In this document: one piece after another, positions 1-7,112 of the stretch
Layout of the letters: every line of letters begins with the position of its first letter
Numbering within the stretch: position 1 is the first letter of the stretch
Assembly: GCA_045615545.1 (NCBI GenBank)
Contig: JAZLFA010000032.1
Location: forward strand, 1-53,883
Length of the DNA: 53,883 nt
Direction: 5' to 3'
Origin: Bacilli bacterium
GTDB taxonomy: Bacteria > Bacillota_I > Bacilli_A > RFN20 > CAG-826
The notes under the pieces: generated by a model
Told to the model about the DNA's origin: nothing
Database searches by the model: none
Seen by the model: the letters and a program-made list of their open reading frames with translations, nothing else
Program-made: the position numbers and the translations under genes

Positions 1-30
1 CGATAAGATAATCATAATGTTGTTTTTTCA
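1..30 (-). CDS. 5' end of an unidentified CDS running off the left edge (MKKQHYDYLI...)
   Basis: Minus-strand ATG at 28-30, open to the window edge. Only 10 codons are visible. Confidence 0.2.
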
Positions 31-137
31 TAACATATTTACTATACCAATTTAGTTGGTAGTAATAAACACTGAGTGTTTTTTGTTGAGTAATAATCTA
101 GAAAGTTATCTCGTTTATGGTAAGCAACTAATCATCA

Positions 138-1430
138 TTAAAACTTAAGCTGTAACAAATACGGGGCAAAAGAATCTGCTAATGAATGAAAATATCCAGG
201 AATTAAAATACCACTACTTACGAACGGTCGAATAGGTTTAAAATTTACCATCATATAAACCATTGCAACTTTAAAACAATGTACATCTATTGTTGCTTCG
301 TTAGTAAAACTATCTCGAAATAATACATTAGCGCCATTTTTATGTTTTGACAAATAATTGATAAATTTTACTTCCTTGGGTTTATTTGATATAAAATCAT
401 TGTAAAATTTGTTTCTAAAATCAGCACCATAAACGAAAATTGACCAAGCGATAAATAATTCCGCACACATAAAATCAAGTGGCCTTTTCTCGTTATTTGG
501 GTAAGCTAATTTATCTACCAACATTGTTTGATTAATTATTTTGCAAATATTTCTTATCCTAAATCCTTCAAACATATTGGTCAGAAAACCATATATCTCT
601 TGTTCACTAAACCCTCTAGTAGGTGGGCCAAAAGCATTTGAAAAGTCTGAAAGCAAACATTCATAATCATCAGAATTTTCACCACAACTTAACTTATAGG
701 AAAAGTCTAGTATTTTACGAAGATATTGTGGAGCCATATCATTTCTTCCATAGTAATGTTCTATCATTGGATTTAATTGCTCACTATCAACACAAATAAT
801 TGTGGCGATATTTTTAACTCGTTCATTAATATGATGGATCCTTTCAATTACCTTAATTGCATATTCTGGCAAACACCTGTCTAATTCATCGACAACAAAA
901 ACAACAGGCATTTTTTCTGATATTGTGATTAATGATTTACACAATAAATTCTTGGCTTCTTTCAACTCTTTATTTGGATTAAAACCGTCATCAATTTTTC
1001 CAAAATTTATGTATTTTTTGGTTTTATAAAAGATTTTTTGTCCAGTTTCTATTGGTTTGAAACCAAATTTTCTATAAACAATACCGTCTAAAAATTTAGC
1101 AATTTCCGTCGCAACATCAACAAGTATCTGTTTGCAATCTACATGCATCATGCAATCAATCATTTCATTTATTTGATCATTAATTGAATCAAGGATCCCA
1201 ATAACAGGTTCTTCATAGTAATCATTATCCCAAGCATTGTAACAAACAAATAAATAATCATTTTGAACTTCTTGTCTTAGTAATTCTAAAAGAAAAGATT
1301 TACCTATTCCCCACTTACCATCAATTGCAAAAGAGATGCTTTCGTCATCACGCAAGCCATTTGCTAAGATATTTTTGATCATTTTTATATCGCGTTCTCT
1401 ATGTAAACAGTCTTGTTCTTGTTTTTTCAT
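138..1430 (-). CDS. KAP-family P-loop NTPase
   Basis: 430-aa ORF. Walker A is DGKWGIGKSF, followed by YNAWDNDYYEEP. Walker B/KAP signature is VVFVVDELDRCLPEYAIKVIERI. RBS GGAGAA lies 7 nt upstream. The ATG shares a nucleotide with the upstream stop (TAATG). Confidence 0.85.
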   Translation of the reverse strand: MKKQEQDCLHRERDIKMIKNILANGLRDDESISFAIDGKWGIGKSFLLELLRQEVQNDYLFVCYNAWDNDYYEEPVIGILDSINDQINEMIDCMMHVDCKQILVDVATEIAKFLDGIVYRKFGFKPIETGQKIFYKTKKYINFGKIDDGFNPNKELKEAKNLLCKSLITISEKMPVVFVVDELDRCLPEYAIKVIERIHHINERVKNIATIICVDSEQLNPMIEHYYGRNDMAPQYLRKILDFSYKLSCGENSDDYECLLSDFSNAFGPPTRGFSEQEIYGFLTNMFEGFRIRNICKIINQTMLVDKLAYPNNEKRPLDFMCAELFIAWSIFVYGADFRNKFYNDFISNKPKEVKFINYLSKHKNGANVLFRDSFTNEATIDVHCFKVAMVYMMVNFKPIRPFVSSGILIPGYFHSLADSFAPYLLQLKF

Positions 1431-1795
1431 TATATTTTCTCCAAACTACTCATTTTGTATTGGGAATAAAGTCTTGCAAAGCTATTCTTATTAAGCTCAT
1501 TATATAAATCATAATTAGGCAAAAAGAACTCTTCTTCATCCAACATATTAATATCGTCAATGCCAATTACTAATACATGTTTATTTAAAAACATATAGTG
1601 ATTTTCGTGTTCGATAAATTCATTTCTATATCTGCCAATAATCCAATTCTTAAATTTCCAATATTCATCTAGAGACATTTCCATTGAATTTGAACAAACG
1701 TCATTGTATAAAAAATCACCTTGAGAATAATATCTTCCAGGATATCTAGTTATCACTTCTCTAACACTACTTTTGATTATTACTTGCTTACTCAT
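1430..1795 (-). CDS. hypothetical 121-aa protein, third gene of the ATPase/TOPRIM/KAP operon
   Basis: ORF wedged between the TOPRIM-like gene (10-nt gap) and the KAP gene (stop/start overlap). I recognise no motif. Confidence 0.6.
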   Translation of the reverse strand: MSKQVIIKSSVREVITRYPGRYYSQGDFLYNDVCSNSMEMSLDEYWKFKNWIIGRYRNEFIEHENHYMFLNKHVLVIGIDDINMLDEEEFFLPNYDLYNELNKNSFARLYSQYKMSSLEKI

Positions 1796-1805
1796 ATATC
1801 ACGAC

Positions 1806-2324
1806 TTATTTCTTCCTTATATCTTTTCCATTGCCCTTTAATAATGATGCAAAGAAAACATCATTAGGTCTTCTTGACCACAATTTATCAAAATCAAAAT
1901 TAATTGATTTAAGTTTGCTATTAATATTGCTGCACGCAATGAAAGCTTTCTTAAAGGCATTATTACCTTGTGTTTTAAAAATAGAATCTATTGTTTTAGC
2001 ATCACTGGCGTATAGTATTTCTTCTTCAAAGTTATTTACAGATTGAATATGTATTATTCCCTTACAGTGTTTTAAGCCACTAACAATCGTAATATTTGTT
2101 TTAAGTCTTTCTTTCTTGTCTTTATCAAGTTTATCGGTATCATATTGAAAGATGAATTTTGTCGGTTCGGTAACATCTCTTAATTGATTAGATGTAAATT
2201 CCTGACATAACAAATTAAACACTATAACCTTGCCAGGCAAAAACTTAGGATCCTTATTAATGATTTTATTTTCATCAATAAGTTTCTTTTCTGTTTCGCC
2301 TTCAACATAATATCGATAAAGCAT
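1806..2324 (-). CDS. small TOPRIM-like protein (RloB / DUF4276 / DUF4435-like)
   Basis: 172 aa. N-terminal YYVEGETEKKLI matches the conserved Glu strand of TOPRIM/RloB. FIFQYDTDKLD supplies a DxD motif. RBS GGAGAT lies upstream. The start is 1 nt after the ATPase stop. Confidence 0.6.
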   Translation of the reverse strand: MLYRYYVEGETEKKLIDENKIINKDPKFLPGKVIVFNLLCQEFTSNQLRDVTEPTKFIFQYDTDKLDKDKKERLKTNITIVSGLKHCKGIIHIQSVNNFEEEILYASDAKTIDSIFKTQGNNAFKKAFIACSNINSKLKSINFDFDKLWSRRPNDVFFASLLKGNGKDIRKK

Positions 2325-2325
2325 A

Positions 2326-3447
2326 TTACTTAATATCTCCTAAGGTATATATTGGACTTAAGTCAGGAAGAACCGAGAAACAATCATTTCTATAATGATT
2401 CTTGATTGAAGCAGAATTGCGCTTTTCATATTTTGAAGCGTTAATATATTGAATATAATCTTGGTTATCTTCTATTATGGTTTTCTTTAAAAAACCAAAA
2501 GTATGAACTGGAAAGTCCATATCCAAAACATCAGTATTATGTGTCGTAATGAATATCTGATCATCGTTTTTATCATAACCACTTAAGTGCGCTATGATAG
2601 CGAGTTCTATTTCTGAGTTAGCAAAAGAAAATTGTTCATCCAAATAATAAAAGCCAAACATATCTCTTTTCAAACCCCATATAACATCCGTTAAACTAAA
2701 GGCGTACTTTGTGCCACTACTCATATAATTAATAGAGGTGTATTTTCTTCCGTTTTCAATGACAAGTGGGTCGTTGCTTCCTCTAAAGTAAATGTAAAAA
2801 CATTTTTCCATATCTTTATTGATTGTGACTTTCTCAATAGAAGGGTCAAATACTTTAAGTATTGTTTCAAGTAACAAACGATAACTTTCTTCATCTTCTT
2901 TTTTATATGAATAATAGACATAATTATTTTCTGGATATGAAAAATTCCAGCCCATTGTGAGTTGCTTTTCTAAAGCGTCAACATAATAAAGTGGTTCTTC
3001 ATTAATTTGCATTAGTCTTTTTAAAGCAGATTCATACGTATCATCTTTGTTAAGTTCAACATGGCGAATAGATAACTTGATTTCAGCCCTATTTTCGTCC
3101 TTAGCATTAGGCGGCAGAAGACATATAATACGATATAAAATACCTTTATTTACTAGATCAATTTCAAAAGTTGATGTTTTATCTTCATCATTAACAGCTT
3201 CAAGAATGTCGCTTATTTCTTTTTTATTAAGCAAATAGAAAATATTTTGGAATAATTTACCTAATGTAGTCTTGCCAGTGGAGTTAGCTCCTACAATAAT
3301 GTTAAATCGACGATATCTAAAGTTTGGATAATCTTTTAGCCATTCTTTCTCTAAAGTACTACCCACTATCTTTTTTGGATAGGAAAAATCCATTTCAAAA
3401 TTATTAAAATCATAAAGGTTATTTGCCTTTAAATTCATTACTACCAT
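2326..3447 (-). CDS. ABC-type AAA ATPase (AAA_21/AAA_15-like, as in OLD, AbiL, PARIS AriA, Gabija GajA)
   Basis: Walker A GANSTGKTT, signature-like SSGTK, Walker B FYYLDE, H-loop FITTHNTD. I moved the start to the ATG at 3445-3447 (MVVMNLK) because GGAGG sits 8 nt upstream. The ORF track extends to 3516. Confidence 0.8.
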   Translation of the reverse strand: MVVMNLKANNLYDFNNFEMDFSYPKKIVGSTLEKEWLKDYPNFRYRRFNIIVGANSTGKTTLGKLFQNIFYLLNKKEISDILEAVNDEDKTSTFEIDLVNKGILYRIICLLPPNAKDENRAEIKLSIRHVELNKDDTYESALKRLMQINEEPLYYVDALEKQLTMGWNFSYPENNYVYYSYKKEDEESYRLLLETILKVFDPSIEKVTINKDMEKCFYIYFRGSNDPLVIENGRKYTSINYMSSGTKYAFSLTDVIWGLKRDMFGFYYLDEQFSFANSEIELAIIAHLSGYDKNDDQIFITTHNTDVLDMDFPVHTFGFLKKTIIEDNQDYIQYINASKYEKRNSASIKNHYRNDCFSVLPDLSPIYTLGDIK

Positions 3448-3464
3448 TCTTCTTTCCTCCATTA

Positions 3465-3544
3465 GTTCGCCAATTACGAACAAATACATTGTTACATAAC
3501 AACGCCTTAGAATCAACTATTACTTCGCATTTTACGAACAAATA
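3465..3544. promoter_or_regulatory. two copies of a palindromic operator-like site upstream of the ATPase operon
   Basis: GTTCGccaattaCGAAC at 3465-3481 and cTTCGcattttaCGAAC at 3523-3539. Each is followed by AAATA. The ~21-bp repeat units start 58 bp apart. Confidence 0.45.
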
Positions 3545-3649
3545 ACTATAAATTTAATATTTGGACAGAATGTACGTGGTACAATACAGTTATAATTAAT
3601 CAAAAATCGAAAGGTTTATATTAATTAGAAATAATGTAGTAAATGTTGA

Positions 3650-3945
3650 ACAGAATCAGCGGATGACGCTAAATACTGTAGTAAGTGTGGCGCTCCAACA
3701 AATGCATATATAGAAACAATTGAAAAAGATAACACTCTTCAAACAGTCGCTAAAGTCTTTATGGTGTTGTGCACTGTTTGTTTAGGAATATTCATTATTC
3801 CTTTATGTTGGATAATCCCAATGACGGTCCACTACTTCAGAAGTTGTAGTCAAAATAAAAAGTAGGAGTTGGCTGTAAAGTCTGTTCCCTACTATTTGTT
3901 AGTTTAATCGCGGGTATATTAATGCTCGTTGATGATGCTGATTAA
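3650..3945 (+). pseudogene. zinc-ribbon/TM2-type small membrane protein, lacking a start and frameshifted
   Basis: The frame opens right after a TGA with no ATG (..DDAKYCSKCGAPT..CWIIPMTVHYF..). An in-frame TAG falls at 3863-3865 after an A-rich tract. The hydrophobic C-terminus (VGVGCKVCSLLFVSLIAGILMLVDDAD*) continues in a different frame from 3862. Confidence 0.6.
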
Positions 3946-3946
3946 T

Positions 3947-4020
3947 TGATAAGCATTCCTCGGTGAATGAGGAGCGTCATTATTCACGTATACAATACTT
4001 GTATAGATAAAGCCTTCTCT
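3947..4020 (-). pseudogene. 3'-terminal remnant of a second GNAT acetyltransferase gene
   Basis: About 70 nt, roughly four-fifths identical by eye to 5055-5128. It translates as ..REGFIYTSIVYVNNDAPHSPRNAYQL.., against KEGFIYTGIIYVNNDTPHSPRNAYQL in the intact GNAT. Confidence 0.6.
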
Positions 4021-4063
4021 TCTTATAAAGTGGCACAATTACATCTTATTATCGTTTTACCGA

Positions 4064-4279
4064 TCATCTTTTATTATTTTTCAATAATTCATTTTTGTTA
4101 TTTGCTTCAAAAGATTTTACCGCTTCTAATATTTCTTTTTTATTAGTACTATTCACCAATGAAACAATAAATGTTTTTGATTCAGTATCTAACTCATCCC
4201 AAGATCCATATAAATCAGTGAATGCTTTTTTAATATCTTCCAAAAGAATTGGAGCTCCCCTCTCCTCTTCTTCAATCAA
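4064..4279 (-). CDS. acidic hypothetical protein, possibly a gene remnant
   Basis: The frame is open from 4338 but contains no ATG. The tracked start is TTG, and I see no convincing RBS. Confidence 0.3.
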   Translation of the reverse strand: MIEEEERGAPILLEDIKKAFTDLYGSWDELDTESKTFIVSLVNSTNKKEILEAVKSFEANNKNELLKNNKR

Positions 4280-4375
4280 AATATTAACAATGTCTGGCCT
4301 ATCTTGTTTATATTCTTTCTTAAGTTCTTTGGCTAATTAGTCAAATATAATTGTATTGCCTCTTTATCAAAAGCT

Positions 4376-4954
4376 TTAAACAGCGGCATATATATCATTC
4401 TCCACAATATTGTACTTCATAAACTCTTTTATTGAGTTTTGTTTGCTTTTCTTTTTGTATTGATCAGTATTCATAACTGCATCCATAATCAATATATCTT
4501 TTGGATATACAATATTGGTCAATTTATGCATCCTAATAAAATCATATTTCTTGTTTATTTCTTTTTTTGAAATAGCAGACAAGTAATCTAACATAGCTAA
4601 CAAGTAAAACGATTTAGTGTAATCTTTAGAAACATAAAAAGCGATAATATCATTAGATTCTTCTATATTTTTAATCACATCTTCAATTTTATTTTTGCTA
4701 ACAAAGTGACAAACATTACTTTTAAATATTTCAAAATCGTCGATATTATATTTATCGTCATCGACATTACAAAGTAAATCTTCCATTGATAAATTTACTG
4801 CTTTAGAGATTTTTAATAATGTTTCGGCGGAACATTTTTCTAATTCTGTTTTATTGCAACACAAATCCGAAAGCGTAGCTTGGGGAACTCCACTTAGTTT
4901 AGAAAGTGCATATTGACTCATTTCAATTTTGTTTAATAATCGATTAATATCCAT
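4376..4954 (-). CDS. XRE-family HTH protein with an uncharacterised ~125-aa C-terminal domain
   Basis: N-terminal MSQYALSKLSGVPQATLSDLCCNK...LLKISKAVNLSMEDLL is a classic HTH_3. The start is set at MDINRLL (ATG 4952-4954), 6 nt downstream of a consensus -10. Confidence 0.75.
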   Translation of the reverse strand: MDINRLLNKIEMSQYALSKLSGVPQATLSDLCCNKTELEKCSAETLLKISKAVNLSMEDLLCNVDDDKYNIDDFEIFKSNVCHFVSKNKIEDVIKNIEESNDIIAFYVSKDYTKSFYLLAMLDYLSAISKKEINKKYDFIRMHKLTNIVYPKDILIMDAVMNTDQYKKKSKQNSIKEFMKYNIVENDIYAAV

Positions 4955-4960
4955 GTTTAT

Positions 4961-4989
4961 ACTATATCGGTACACCGGTATATTGTCAA
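4961..4989 (-). promoter_or_regulatory. sigma-70 type promoter giving a leaderless mRNA
   Basis: Minus strand reads TTGACA - 17 nt - TATAGT - 6 nt - ATG. Confidence 0.6.
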
Positions 4990-5038
4990 TGTATAAAGAA
5001 AACAATTTTATTAAACTTATCGTAAATTAACCTTATCA

Positions 5039-5539
5039 TTACTTTATTACCAACTGATAAGCATTCCTTGGTGAATGAGGTGTATCATTATTAACATAGA
5101 TAATACCCGTATAGATGAAGCCTTCCTTCAGGATAGCTTTTATCATTGGGGTATTATTTTTATGAGTATCAATCCTAATATCTAAGTTAGGATAATTATG
5201 TTTAATATATTCGATTACTAGATGAAATATACCTTTATAGGTAAAAGAGCTCGCTAATCGATGAATGGTGATATATTCATTATCATTAAGCCAACTACCT
5301 TCGATATCTAAATAGCAAGGATCGCTTCCCTTAATAAGGGCGAACACTCCTAATATATCGTTATTATCTTTTATAACAAATAATCTAGATAATGATATGT
5401 CTTCTTTTAATGCTTCCTCTTTAGGCCAAGAAGATCCCCATTGATCTTTATTACCGTTATTCACCATAAAAGCCCTAGCGTTACTATAAATAGCGAGTAT
5501 ATTAGGTAGATCAAGTTTTGTTGCTAATTCAATTATCAT
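5039..5539 (-). CDS. GNAT family N-acetyltransferase
   Basis: 166 aa with typical GNAT layout and C-terminal ..GFIYTGIIYVNNDTPHSPRNAYQ. It starts 3 nt after the AbiEii stop. Confidence 0.75.
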   Translation of the reverse strand: MIIELATKLDLPNILAIYSNARAFMVNNGNKDQWGSSWPKEEALKEDISLSRLFVIKDNNDILGVFALIKGSDPCYLDIEGSWLNDNEYITIHRLASSFTYKGIFHLVIEYIKHNYPNLDIRIDTHKNNTPMIKAILKEGFIYTGIIYVNNDTPHSPRNAYQLVIK

Positions 5540-5542
5540 AAC

Positions 5543-6412
5543 TTATTCACTCTGTAATATGTCTAGGGTTGATATAAATAACTCCTTAGACCAACTAGAC
5601 ACTTTTTCTATGTTCTTAACAAAAGGAATAACATCTTGGATTGCCATTTTATAATCAACACTTATAAACTTTTCCTTAAGCATATCTTTTAATATGTTTA
5701 TATCTAGTTTCATATCCATTGGTATCTTACCATTCTTTTTTAATTTGTTTTCTAGATAAGTGATATTAACCTTAGTGTGTTTGCTACAATAGAAAAGATA
5801 GTCATAAAAATCTCTCCCTTTTACTTTATTTTGATATTCGCGGCAAATAAGAGCTGCTATCTTGCCCGCAAATAAAGTTGATTGATTATAAATTGTCACT
5901 TTACTTGGAGAAGGAAATAATAAATAATGCGATTCCACTACCCCACCAATAGGATTATCCATATCTATTTCCAATTTAATTTTGATGAGTTGGTTATTAA
6001 TCACTTTATTTACTTCGGGATTTTTAGGAAAAAACTCTAGAAGCACCATTTTGCTATTCGAATTAATAAATGCCCTCTGCATATCAATCTTATTAGGATT
6101 AATTTCCTTTTGAGTGATTGAAATATCAATCCCATATGAAGCAAACTCTTTTTGGATATTAGCAAAATAATCAGATAAGTTAAAACCCTTGGACTTATCA
6201 ATAATGGCAAAATCCAAATCTTCAGAAAAACGATCCAAGCCATGAAACACTCTTAAACATGTACCGCCATAAAAGGCAGCTTTAGTAAAAAAATCCCCTC
6301 GTGATAGACCCGCTAACACTATTTCTTGCATTACTTCTTTAACCGCGTTTTCTCTTTCCTTGTTGTTGATAGGGTTATATTTAGAAATCATTTCTTCTAA
6401 TTCACTATTCAT
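5543..6412 (-). CDS. abiEii: AbiEii/AbiGii-family nucleotidyltransferase toxin (DUF1814)
   Basis: FYGGTCLRVFHGLDRFSEDLDF motif and 289 aa length. It overlaps the upstream AbiEi-like gene by 8 nt. Confidence 0.8.
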   Translation of the reverse strand: MNSELEEMISKYNPINNKERENAVKEVMQEIVLAGLSRGDFFTKAAFYGGTCLRVFHGLDRFSEDLDFAIIDKSKGFNLSDYFANIQKEFASYGIDISITQKEINPNKIDMQRAFINSNSKMVLLEFFPKNPEVNKVINNQLIKIKLEIDMDNPIGGVVESHYLLFPSPSKVTIYNQSTLFAGKIAALICREYQNKVKGRDFYDYLFYCSKHTKVNITYLENKLKKNGKIPMDMKLDINILKDMLKEKFISVDYKMAIQDVIPFVKNIEKVSSWSKELFISTLDILQSE

Positions 6413-6998
6413 GTTTATATTCCTTTCTAATTAGTTTCACCAATAGGTTTAAGTTATTTGTTTTATATAATGGGGCAAGTTTTAAAAGAATATCCATATC
6501 ACATTTACTAAATTCTTCTTCATCCACTCTTTTATCAATAAAAAGTAATATCTTTAATTGCTTAACGCTTTTAACCATTCTCCATTTATATAAAGAATCA
6601 CATATGGCTTTTTCTTTACTAGCCAACCGAGCAACATAATCATCATCTTTTAACAACGTTAATCCATAAGGAAATACTCTTTCAGGGATATCTGAATATG
6701 TATATCTAGCAAATACATTCGTGTAACTCTTATTTTTCCTCTCATTCAAACTCGCTGATGTCACTGCATACACTCTTTCAGGAATCAAACCATAATAAGA
6801 TAAAGCGCTTTCAAAACTAATGTATGATGGCGATAATATTACTTGCGATAAAAAGAAGGGATCAACATTTCTATTATCTTCATATATCCCTCTATTTATT
6901 CTAAATAAAAGATTATTATCACAATCCCTTTTTATCTTATCTAATGGATTAGAATAATCCTTATATTTCTCTTTTAGCATTGGAATAGTAAATATCAT
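6405..6998 (-). CDS. abiEi: AbiEi-family antitoxin/transcriptional regulator
   Basis: 197 aa. LFRINRGIYED motif in the N-terminal winged-helix region. Position and overlap with abiEii fit. RBS GGAGAA lies 7 nt upstream. Confidence 0.7.
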   Translation of the reverse strand: MIFTIPMLKEKYKDYSNPLDKIKRDCDNNLLFRINRGIYEDNRNVDPFFLSQVILSPSYISFESALSYYGLIPERVYAVTSASLNERKNKSYTNVFARYTYSDIPERVFPYGLTLLKDDDYVARLASKEKAICDSLYKWRMVKSVKQLKILLFIDKRVDEEEFSKCDMDILLKLAPLYKTNNLNLLVKLIRKEYKHE

Positions 6999-7020
6999 AT
7001 TATTTTCTCCATCAAATACA

Positions 7021-7048
7021 ATTATATTGGATTTAATAGAGATTTCAA
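7021..7048 (-). promoter_or_regulatory. promoter of the abiE operon
   Basis: Minus strand reads TTGAAA - 16 nt - TATAAT. Confidence 0.5.
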
Positions 7049-7060
7049 TATGTTTTTTTG

Positions 7061-7090
7061 TATTTTAAAACTACGCTTTTAAGACGTAGT
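7061..7090 (-). terminator. weak intrinsic terminator after the GT2 gene
   Basis: ACUACG-9 nt loop-CGUAGU followed by UUUAAAAUA. The stem is short. Confidence 0.3.
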
Positions 7091-7112
7091 AATTAATTAT
7101 TATTTATAAGTA

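Noticed and set aside
3465-3544. The repeated sites as LexA/SOS (Cheo) boxes
   Set aside because: The Gram-positive SOS box is CGAAC-N4-GTTCG. Here the half-sites are in the opposite order with a 7-nt spacer (GTTCG-N7-CGAAC).
3947-5128. The GNAT 3'-end duplication as attL/attR of an integrated element
   Set aside because: The copies are clearly diverged rather than identical. The ~1.1 kb between them encodes no integrase or recombinase. A decayed paralogue explains it better.
5039-5539. GNAT as a TacT/AtaT-type tRNA-acetylating toxin
   Set aside because: There is no adjacent small antitoxin of the RHH or DUF1778 kind. The sequence looks like an ordinary small GNAT. Only its tight linkage to abiEii is noteworthy, and that is reported separately.
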